Source: Alphaproteobacteria bacterium (lineage in GTDB: Bacteria; Pseudomonadota; Alphaproteobacteria; Bin95). Taken from it: a DNA stretch of 64,000 bases. The notes under the pieces were generated by a model that saw only the letters and a program-made list of their open reading frames with translations, had not been told where the DNA came from and made no database searches. The position numbers were made by a program, and so were the translations under genes. The stretch is taken from contig CBDBGH010000003.1 in NCBI GenBank assembly GCA_965205265.1, forward strand, positions 2,944,001 to 3,008,000, written 5' to 3'. Numbering within the stretch: the first letter of the stretch is position 1; each line of letters opens with the position of its first letter. Positions 10,707 through 20,610 of this stretch are shown here, piece by piece.

Positions 10707-12203
10707 CTAGGTTCCCCTCACCCATTCCCTCAATTCGTGCTTCCGCGTCTTGCCCATCGCGTTCTTCGGCAGCGCATCGACGAACAGCACCTCCTTCGGG
10801 TGCTTGAAGCGGGCGAGCCGGCCCTCGAAGCGGGCGATAAAGTCCGATGCCGCGATCTTTGCGCCCGCAGCAGGCACGACGACGGCGACCGGCACCTCGC
10901 CCCAGCGCGCGTCCTCGCGCCCGACCACGGCTACATCGGCAATGTCGTCCATCCGGTGGACGAGCTGCTCGATCTCGGCCGGGTAGATGTTCTCCCCGCC
11001 CGAGATCACGATGTCCTTCTTGCGGTCGATGACGAACACGTCGCCGTCTTCGTCGCGGTAAGCCACGTCGCCGGTATGGAACCAGCCGTGCTTCAGCGCG
11101 CGGCGCGTCTCCTCCTCGTTGTTCCAGTATTCACGAAGGACGTTGCCGCCGCGGATGAGGATTTCCCCGGAGACGCCGACCGGGACCTCGTTGCCGTCGT
11201 CACCGGCGATCTTCATCTCGCAGTGGAGCCCGCATTTCCCGGTCGAGCGCGGCTTTCGCAACCCGTCGCCCGGCTTCTGGTAGATCGAGACCGGCGCCGT
11301 CTCCGTCAGCCCGTAGGTCTGGCATACGGGAATGCCGCGCGCCTGCACGGCGTCGATCAGGTGGAGCGGCACGACGGAAGAGCCCGTGGTGAGCAAACGC
11401 AGGCTGGAAAGGTCCGCCTCCGCCCAATCCGGATGGTCGATCGCCGCCTGGATGGTCGCCGGAACCAGGACGAGCTGCGTCGGGCGCTCCCCGACGATCG
11501 CGCGGAGCACCGCCCCGGGCTCGAAGCGGCGGTGCAGGACCACCGTCCCGCCGACATAGAAGGCGGGCGAGGTGAGGATGTTGAGCCCGCCGACATGGAA
11601 CATCGGCAGCACCGTGAGCACGAGGTCGGCGTCCGTCAGCCCGGCATAGTGGACGCAGTTGAGAGCATTGACCTGGATCGCCCGCTGGTCGAGCACCGCG
11701 CCCTTGGGATGGCCCGTGGTGCCCGAGGTATAGACCAGCAGGCAGGGGGTCTCCGGCCCGGCCTCCGGGTCGAAGTCGTCGCCCTTCGCCGTTTCCGCGT
11801 CGCGGGCGATCCTGTCCACGGGGATGACGGCGGTCTCCGGGCAACCCGCCGCCGCCTCGCGTGCCAGCCCCGCATGGCCGGCGTCTGCGACCAGCATCCG
11901 GGGCGCGGAGTCGCCGAGGATCCAGGCAAGTTCCGGCGCCGCCAGGCGCCAGTTGAGCGGCGAGAACATCGCGCCGATCCGCGCGCAGGCGAAGAAGAGC
12001 GCCAGCATCGACGGGCTGTTGAAGCCGAGGAAGGCGACCCGGTCGCCGCGCTCGACCCCGTGGACGGATTTCAGCGCCCGCGCATGGCCGCGGATCGTTT
12101 CCGCGAAGCGGGTGTAGTCGATGTCCTCTCCCTCAAAGCGGATCGCGGTCTTCGACGGGGCGAATGCGGCGTTCTTCTCGACCCATGAGGACAGGTCGTT
12201 CAT
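10707..12203 (-). CDS. Acyl-CoA synthetase / AMP-binding enzyme
   Basis: YTSGTTGHPKG, YGLTET, WFHTGD and LPKNAMGK. Confidence 0.93.
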   Translation of the reverse strand: MNDLSSWVEKNAAFAPSKTAIRFEGEDIDYTRFAETIRGHARALKSVHGVERGDRVAFLGFNSPSMLALFFACARIGAMFSPLNWRLAAPELAWILGDSAPRMLVADAGHAGLAREAAAGCPETAVIPVDRIARDAETAKGDDFDPEAGPETPCLLVYTSGTTGHPKGAVLDQRAIQVNALNCVHYAGLTDADLVLTVLPMFHVGGLNILTSPAFYVGGTVVLHRRFEPGAVLRAIVGERPTQLVLVPATIQAAIDHPDWAEADLSSLRLLTTGSSVVPLHLIDAVQARGIPVCQTYGLTETAPVSIYQKPGDGLRKPRSTGKCGLHCEMKIAGDDGNEVPVGVSGEILIRGGNVLREYWNNEEETRRALKHGWFHTGDVAYRDEDGDVFVIDRKKDIVISGGENIYPAEIEQLVHRMDDIADVAVVGREDARWGEVPVAVVVPAAGAKIAASDFIARFEGRLARFKHPKEVLFVDALPKNAMGKTRKHELREWVRGT

Positions 12204-13456
12204 TCGTCCACCTCGCCGCGCTCGTAGAGCGCCTCGCGCCCGAGCTTGTCGATGCAGAGTTCCGCCGTCCAGGGCAGCATCAGCGAGCCGCAGCGGCTGT
12301 CGCGGTAGAGCCGTTCCAGCGGCAGGCTCTTCAGCATCGACTGCCCGCCGCAGGTGCGGATCGCCTTCTGGCAGAGGTCGTTGGCCGTCTCCATCACCGT
12401 GTACTGGGCGCAGTAGGCGCGCAGCACCGACGCCTTGGACGGGTTGGGGCGGGCCTCGCCCAGCATCTGGAACCAGAGCGCCTTGGCCTGCTCCAGCGCG
12501 ACCAGCATCTCGGCGACGGCGTGCTGCTTGGTCGGGTACATGCGCCGCCTGACCGGCGGCATGCCGGGCACCTCGCCGCGCAGATAGCGCACGGTGAAAT
12601 CATAGGCCGCCTGGGCGATTCCCATATAGGCCGGGGTCAAGGTGGTGAACATGTGCGGCCAGCGGGTCGCCGCCTCGAAATAGACCCCCTTGGGCATCAG
12701 CGCCGCGTCGTCGGACACGAACACGTTTTCGAACAGGAGGTCGCGCGACACCGTCCCGCGCATGCCGAGCGGGTCCCAGTCGCCGATCACGCTCACACCC
12801 TCCGCGTCGGCCGGGACGGCGAAATACATCGTGTCGCGGCGGCTGAGGTTCTCCTTCTTCTCGGTGCAGAGCACGCCGTAATAGTCCGCCGAGCCGGCGA
12901 GCGAGGCGAAGATCTTCTTGCCGTTGATGACCCAGCCGCCGTCCACCCGGTCGGCCAGCGTGCCGAACGGCCGGAAGCCCGCCGCCGCCGCGCCGCCTTC
13001 GGAGAACGGCTGGGCGTAGATCGCGCCCCGGTCCACGATCCGGTCGTAATGCAACGCGCGCCGCCGGTTGTGCCCGCGCCGCTGCGCCGCGGTCATCGGC
13101 AGGTCGTCGGCGAGCGTGCCGGTCCACAGGCACGAGCTTACATGCATGTTGAAGGTGAGCGCCGTCGAGCCGCAGTAGCGGCCGATCTCGGCTGCCATCA
13201 GCGCATAGGTCTTCAGGTCCGCGCCATGCCCGCCATGCTCCTTCGGAACGCAGACGGCGAGCAGGCCCGCCTTGTGCAGGTCCCTGTAATTCGCCATCGG
13301 GAAGACCGCGTCGCGGTCCCACTCTTCGGCGCGCGCCGCGAAGCTATCCTCGCCGAGCCGCCGGGCCGCCGTGCAGAGCGCGGCCTGTTCACCGGTGAGC
13401 CCGTAATAGTCCGGATCGAACATCGGCGCATCGCGTCGCTCATCCCTGGAAGCCAT
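12200..13456 (-). CDS. Acyl-CoA dehydrogenase-family protein
   Basis: WVINGKKIFAS, WDPLGMRGTVS, CGGQS and LERLYRD. Confidence 0.9.
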   Translation of the reverse strand: MASRDERRDAPMFDPDYYGLTGEQAALCTAARRLGEDSFAARAEEWDRDAVFPMANYRDLHKAGLLAVCVPKEHGGHGADLKTYALMAAEIGRYCGSTALTFNMHVSSCLWTGTLADDLPMTAAQRRGHNRRRALHYDRIVDRGAIYAQPFSEGGAAAAGFRPFGTLADRVDGGWVINGKKIFASLAGSADYYGVLCTEKKENLSRRDTMYFAVPADAEGVSVIGDWDPLGMRGTVSRDLLFENVFVSDDAALMPKGVYFEAATRWPHMFTTLTPAYMGIAQAAYDFTVRYLRGEVPGMPPVRRRMYPTKQHAVAEMLVALEQAKALWFQMLGEARPNPSKASVLRAYCAQYTVMETANDLCQKAIRTCGGQSMLKSLPLERLYRDSRCGSLMLPWTAELCIDKLGREALYERGEVDE

Positions 13457-13475
13457 CGCCCTGCCCTCCCTCCGC

Positions 13476-14516
13476 TCAGGAATCGACCAGCCGTCCGGCC
13501 TCGACCACCTTCACCCCGTCGAGGCTCACCGTGCAGTTGCGCATCGGCAGGTCGAAATGACCGAGCGTGTGGCGGTTGGCGAACTCGTTGGCTCCGGTCG
13601 AGTAGAGGAAATTGCCCGCGAAGGCGCGGATCTCGGTGCCGTTGAAGTCGCGCTGGTCGTACATGGCGAGCGCCTCGTAGCGGGCCGCCTCGTTCAACCC
13701 CCACCCGACATGCGAGGTGGCGTAGGCCTCGCGGTCGCCCCAGGCGGCCCAGTAGCGCCGGAAAAGCTCGGCATCGGTGCCTTCGCCCTCGATTCCGGTG
13801 ACGTAGTCGTCCTCGATGGTGAGCGCCACAGGCGCCTCGAGATAGCGCTTGAAGGTCAGGTTGACATCGCCGGTATCGAGCACCAGCCGGCCCCGGACGG
13901 AACCGGCGGCGGGAAAGGCGACGACGATCCCGCCCGGCCAGTGGGCAACCGTCTTCGGCCGGTCGCAATAGCCCCAGACCCCGGCGCTCGGCGCGCCCTC
14001 CAGCGCGACGGTGAGGTCGGAGCCGGCCTCGGAGGTTACCCGCATCTCCTTCGCCGCCCGGACCCGTTTCACCGCCGCCTTGACGCGCTCGGTGAGCGCG
14101 GGGTCGGGCAACAGGCGTTCGAGAGCGTCCGGGTGCTCGTTGGAGATCATCAGCAGCCGCGCGCCGTCGGCGATGATGTCCGGCAGTTCCGGCGCATGGA
14201 GCATTCCCTCCACCGTAACATCGACGACGAGGGAGCTGGCGGCGAGCGCCCTGATCGCCGGCCCCAGCCCCTGCAGGGCGGGCGACGAACCGGTGGAGCG
14301 CACCGGCACGGGAGCGGTCTGGGGCGGCGAGACAACCGTGACATGGAACGGCCGCGCGCCGCGCCGGAGCAGCGCAAGCTCGGCCAGCTCGACATTGAGC
14401 CGCCGCGACTGGGTCTCCGAAAGGATCGCGACTTCCTCGCCCTTCCCGACCTTGCACAGGCCGAAGACAGTGTCGAATGCCGCGATCCAGCGTTCCTCTA
14501 TGCGATCGGTGAACAC
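13476..14516 (-). CDS. Peptidase M29-fold protein, NicX-like (2,5-dihydroxypyridine dioxygenase-like)
   Basis: SHVGWG, FAGNFLYSTG and GHFDLPMRNCT resemble NicX-type His/His/Asp metal motifs. Confidence 0.7.
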   Translation of the reverse strand: MFTDRIEERWIAAFDTVFGLCKVGKGEEVAILSETQSRRLNVELAELALLRRGARPFHVTVVSPPQTAPVPVRSTGSSPALQGLGPAIRALAASSLVVDVTVEGMLHAPELPDIIADGARLLMISNEHPDALERLLPDPALTERVKAAVKRVRAAKEMRVTSEAGSDLTVALEGAPSAGVWGYCDRPKTVAHWPGGIVVAFPAAGSVRGRLVLDTGDVNLTFKRYLEAPVALTIEDDYVTGIEGEGTDAELFRRYWAAWGDREAYATSHVGWGLNEAARYEALAMYDQRDFNGTEIRAFAGNFLYSTGANEFANRHTLGHFDLPMRNCTVSLDGVKVVEAGRLVDS

Positions 14517-14667
14517 GTCCGGCTCCTCCTTCCCGTTACAGGCGTCGCCCGTCCGGCATTTGTAGCATCGCCGGCGCGTTCATGGTCTTCCATGAGCCGA
14601 GGAAAAGGGCGCGGCTCCGCGGGCGCCCGAAGGAACCGGAACCCGGCGCAATCCGGAAGGCGGCCGC

Positions 14668-16425
14668 CTACTCCGCTGCGCGGCTGTCCTGCATGGCGGC
14701 GTCAGCGCCGCCGGTCCTCATGGCGGCGCGGAGGCGCGCCGTGGCGGCCTCGTCGGCCGTGCGGCCGTCGGGGCCGAGCACGACGCCGTAATCGCGCTCC
14801 GCGCCCTCGGGCGAAAGCAGTTCGTTCAGCACGTCGCGGGCCACCGCCGCCGGTTCGCGGTCCAGCGGGTCGCCCCAGCCGCCGCCGCCCGCCAGCTCGT
14901 GCAGGAACACGTCGCCCTCATGGATGTTGCGCGTAATCTTGGAGGGAACCGGCTCGCCGTTCAGATAATTGGCCGCCGGCTCGCCCGGCTTGCCGCCGGA
15001 AAGGCCGTAGGGGCGGAAGGCCATGCGGTCGGCGCGCACCTGCAGCACCGCCTCATGCTCCAGGAAGCGGTATTCCCGCCGGTAGGGCGCGCCGCCGCGA
15101 TAGGCGCCCGGCCCCATCCGGTCCGCCACCAGGTCGTAGCGCAACACCTGCACCGGCTGCTCCGCCTCCGTCACCTCGACCGAGTGCGAGGCCATGTTCG
15201 CGAACATGTTGGCATTGCCCTCGAGCCCGTCCGCCCAGGGCCGTCCGCCCCAGGTGCCGCAGGCGAAATCGACATAGATGAAGGGCCGGCGCTCCTTGTC
15301 GTAGCCGCCGATGGACACGCCCGTATTGCCGCCGTCGGAGCAGGCGAATACCCTGTCGGGCGCGCACTTGGCGAGCGCGCCGAAGGCGCAGTCCACCATG
15401 CGGAAGCCCGTCAGCCCGCGCGCGGCGCAGGCCGCCGGCAGCACCGCATTGGCGATGGTGCCCGGCGGGGCCGTCACCTCGATGGCGCGGAACACGCCCT
15501 CATTGTTCGGGATGCCGGACGGCAGGATCGAGCGCACTGCGCAATAGGTCGCGGCCTTGGTGAAGGACAGCGTGTTGTTGATCGCGCCCTTCACCTGCTC
15601 CGCCGAGCCGGTCCAGTCGGCCTTCATCGAATCGCCCGTCTTGGTGAAGGTCACGAACAGGCGGATCGGCTTGCCGACATCGATGCCGTCATCGTCGATC
15701 CAGTCCTCGAACGACCAGGTCCCGTCCGGCAGTTCGGAGAGCGCCGCGCGCGTCAGCCGCTCGGCATAGTCGATCACCGCCTCCATATAGACGCCGACGC
15801 GCGCCTCACCGTATTTCTCCACGAGGTCGAGGAAGGCCGCCTCCGCGATATGGCAGGCCGCGAGCTGGGCGCGCAGGTCGCCCGCAAGGCGCACCGGCAC
15901 GCGGACATTGCTCTCGATCAGCGTCCAGAGCGTCTCGTTGCGCTTGCCGCGCTCGAACATCTTGAGCGGCGGGATGCGCAGCCCTTCCTGGTAGATTTCC
16001 GTGGAGTCGGAGGCGTTGGAGCCCGCCACGCGCCCGCCGACATCGGTGTGGTGGCAGATGGTGCAGGCGAAGGCCAGCCGGCGCCCCTCATGGAAGATCG
16101 GCTGGAAGACGAAGATGTCCGGCAGGTGCATGCCGCCGTCGAACGGGTCGTTCAGGCAGAACACGTCGCCCGGATGGATGTCGTCCCGGAACCGCTCGAC
16201 CACCGTGGCGAGCGCGGTCGGGATCGAGCCCAGATGCCCCGGCAGGGTCAGCCCCTGGGCCACCAGCCGCCCCTCCGCATCCGCAAAGGCGGTGGAGAAG
16301 TCCATATTGTCGCGCAGCACGCCGGAATAGGTGGTCCGGCAGATGGTAAGCGCCATCTCGTCGGCGATCGAGAAGATGGCGTTCTTGAACAGCTCGAAGG
16401 CGATGGGATCGTCGATGTCGGTCAT
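14668..16425 (-). CDS. Hydantoinase B/oxoprolinase-family protein
   Basis: DFSTA, NDPFDGGMHLPD, HHTDVGG, EGLRIPP and GGGGWGDP. Confidence 0.93.
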   Translation of the reverse strand: MTDIDDPIAFELFKNAIFSIADEMALTICRTTYSGVLRDNMDFSTAFADAEGRLVAQGLTLPGHLGSIPTALATVVERFRDDIHPGDVFCLNDPFDGGMHLPDIFVFQPIFHEGRRLAFACTICHHTDVGGRVAGSNASDSTEIYQEGLRIPPLKMFERGKRNETLWTLIESNVRVPVRLAGDLRAQLAACHIAEAAFLDLVEKYGEARVGVYMEAVIDYAERLTRAALSELPDGTWSFEDWIDDDGIDVGKPIRLFVTFTKTGDSMKADWTGSAEQVKGAINNTLSFTKAATYCAVRSILPSGIPNNEGVFRAIEVTAPPGTIANAVLPAACAARGLTGFRMVDCAFGALAKCAPDRVFACSDGGNTGVSIGGYDKERRPFIYVDFACGTWGGRPWADGLEGNANMFANMASHSVEVTEAEQPVQVLRYDLVADRMGPGAYRGGAPYRREYRFLEHEAVLQVRADRMAFRPYGLSGGKPGEPAANYLNGEPVPSKITRNIHEGDVFLHELAGGGGWGDPLDREPAAVARDVLNELLSPEGAERDYGVVLGPDGRTADEAATARLRAAMRTGGADAAMQDSRAAE

Positions 16426-16510
16426 GGCGCGAGAGCAAACCACACCCTGGCCGCGGGGAACAGAAGGAAATACGCCCTGCCTCGTTCCCTGGCGCCGGAA
16501 CCCGTGTTCC

Positions 16511-17641
16511 TCAGACCTTGCCGGCGGCTGCGGGATAGTCGTTTATGCCGAGCGCGCTCCGGAAATCCGCGCTCATCGCCGCCTTCTGCTCCTCCAGCGG
16601 AATGCCGGTCGCATCGGCGATTCGCACCACGGCATTGAAGATGGCGAGCACGCCGGCGGCATCGACCAGCGCCTCGCCGCCGATTTCCTCATGCAGCCGG
16701 TCCCGCGCCGCCGCAAAGCCTGCCCTGCCCTCCTCGTAGAAGCTGTCCGCATAGGCGGTCAGCGCCGCCCCGGCCGCGACGCCGCCGCCGGTCCCGCCCT
16801 CCGCGGCCATCGCCGCCAGGTCGTAGTCGTCGCCCGTGTGTTGGCCGCTCCCACGGAGCAGCACCGCATGGCTGGTGGTTCAATAGACGCACCGGTTTAT
16901 GACCGATACCCGCCCGGCCAGGAACTCCGTCTGGGCGTGGGTGAGCGCGCGGTATTCGGTGCCGAAATCCCGGAGCTGCGCGTCGGGCAGGTAGTGCACC
17001 GAGTCCATGTCGAAGAACCCGGTGACTTCCGCCGGCACCAGCGAGAGCGCGCGGTGGATGTTCACGGCGGACAGGCCATCGTACATGCCGGCCTCGGCCT
17101 CCGTCAGGTCCTCCGGCGCCACGGTCGGCACCCAGGCGAGCCCCTCTTTCGCGCCGGCCGGGCGGCGGCGGCGCGGCTCCCCGGCAAGGGGCGCGGGCAG
17201 GCTGTGGCGCGGCAGCCCCATGGCGTCGCAGAAGCTGTCGATGGCGATGACCGTCGCCACGACGCCCACGGTCTCGACATATTCCGCGTCGCTCAGCCCG
17301 CCAGCCAGGGCCTCCTCGCAGAAGCGCCGGGTCAGCCGGCCGGGATCGGTGCGGATGCGGTGGACGACCTCCACCAGCACTTCGGGCAGGTCCGTCGCCG
17401 TCTCATGCGCGCCGGTCACGGCGTATGGCGAGAGCGCCGCCTTGCGTTCGCGGCAAAATCCGCACGCCTCGGCCGCGCGGGTCTCCTCCGCAATGGCGAT
17501 GCGCACGGCGCCCGACCACCATTCCCCCGGCGCCGCCAGCCGGGCCCAGGCGCGCTTCTGGGCGGCGGCAAGATCGTCCCGCACCGGCAGGGGGCTCAGG
17601 CGGTAGTCGAGGCTCTCGACCGCTGCTGCATCGACGGACAT
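16511..17641 (-). CDS. AhpD/CMD-like protein, candidate selenoprotein (in-frame TGA at 16880-16882)
   Basis: ORFs 16880..17641 and 16511..16864 share a frame and join as ...INRCVY-U-TTSHAVLL...; SECIS-like hairpin immediately 3' of the TGA. Confidence 0.7.
16844..16862 (-). promoter_or_regulatory. Putative bacterial SECIS hairpin
   Basis: GCUGCUCC-GUG-GGAGCGGC stem; apical loop begins with GU, 25 nt after the UGA. Confidence 0.6.
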
Positions 17642-17744
17642 GGGGCTGCCTCCCGCTTGCTGCAACCGGCAGTGTACCACGGCCGCCGCGCCGATGGCGT
17701 CGATTGCGGGCAGCGGGCTTGCGGAGTAGAAGACAGGCGCCCGG

Positions 17745-17821
17745 CGGGGCGTAGCGCAGCCTGGCAGCGCGCCTGCTTTGGGAGCAGGAGGCCGCGAGTT
17801 CGAATCTCGCCGCCCCGACCA
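17745..17821 (+). tRNA. tRNA-Pro (anticodon TGG)
   Basis: Acceptor stem CGGGGCG/CGCCCCG, anticodon arm CCTGC-TTTGGGA-GCAGG, GTTCGAATC T-loop and encoded CCA. Confidence 0.96.
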
Positions 17822-17831
17822 CCGGCCGCGC

Positions 17832-17862
17832 AAAGAAAAGGGGCGCCCCGCGGGGCGCCCCG
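17832..17862 (-). terminator. Rho-independent terminator of groEL (possibly bidirectional)
   Basis: GGGGCGCCCC-GC-GGGGCGCCCC hairpin followed by a T-rich run on the minus strand. Confidence 0.7.
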
Positions 17863-17890
17863 ATCCGTTTGCCGTCTCGGACGGCGCGGA

Positions 17891-19880
<1,990 letters not shown>

Positions 19881-19936
19881 GCCTCGCCTCCTGCTGGACT
19901 CTTGTGAAACGACCCCCAAACAGGGGTTGGCGAGGC

Positions 19937-19965
19937 AGTTAAGGTCTCGGCGGCGAAAGTTCAAG
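19937..19965 (-). promoter_or_regulatory. Putative sigma32 (RpoH) promoter of groESL
   Basis: CTTGAA-N15-CCTTAACT on the minus strand. Confidence 0.5.
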
Positions 19966-19971
19966 CAGAAT

Positions 19972-19998
19972 CTGGCACTCATGAGCATTGAGTGCTAG
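19972..19998. promoter_or_regulatory. CIRCE element (HrcA operator)
   Basis: CTGGCACTC-N9-GAGTGCTAG versus consensus TTAGCACTC-N9-GAGTGCTAA. Confidence 0.9.
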
Positions 19999-20216
19999 CA
20001 ATTTCGGCGCGCGGCTGGCCCCGAACGGCCTCAGACGCCGATTATTCCCAATAACGGCAGGCTCTTACAGAGGTTTCGATTCGCGGCGCGGCGCGGTTGC
20101 GGGACGGGTTGTCGCAGAGGCCGGCCCGGCCCGCTTGGAGACCGTTTGGAAATCGGCCGTTTGCGGCGTCCGGGCGTTTCAACGCGGAACCGAAAGCGTT
20201 GCCCCGCCCTTCATCC

Positions 20217-20574
20217 CGTCATGCCCGGACTTGTTCCATTGCTGTCCGGTTTAGGATTTGCGGGCAGGGCGCATGGCTTGGATTCAACCGGGTTTCGAGG
20301 GGTTTGGCGGGATCGGGACTCGAATCGACGCCCGGCGTCCCAACCCTCACATCGTCATACCCGGACCTGTTCCGGGTATCCATGCGGCCGTCCGGCGACA
20401 GCGATGGAGAGAGATACCCGGAACAAGTCCGGGTATGACGGAGAAGCCTGTTCCAAGCTTGTCGAAGGAGGCATTCGGGCATGACGGACAGGAGACGCCG
20501 CACACGCCCAAACCCCGAACCGGCTTCGCCCGACAGCTGAACCGGACAGCAATGGACTTGTTCCGGGCATGACG
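20217..20574. repeat. CGTCAT-type REP-like palindrome split by an inserted element, with a further REP pair inside
   Basis: CGTCATGCCCGGACTTGTTC...GACTTGTTCCGGGCATGACG; internal inverted pair at about 20353-20440. Confidence 0.8.
20237..20554. mobile_element. 318-bp MITE-like element inserted in a REP palindrome
   Basis: 15-bp perfect TIR CATTGCTGTCCGGTT/AACCGGACAGCAATG; direct repeat GACTTGTTC at 20228-20236 and 20555-20563. Confidence 0.75.
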
Positions 20575-20610
20575 AAGGACGGCGTCCGGGGCGTGACGGA
20601 ACCGGCCTGC

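Noticed and set aside
17745-17821. tRNA-Pro as an island integration site
   Set aside because: No duplicated tRNA 3' end or integrase seen in the window
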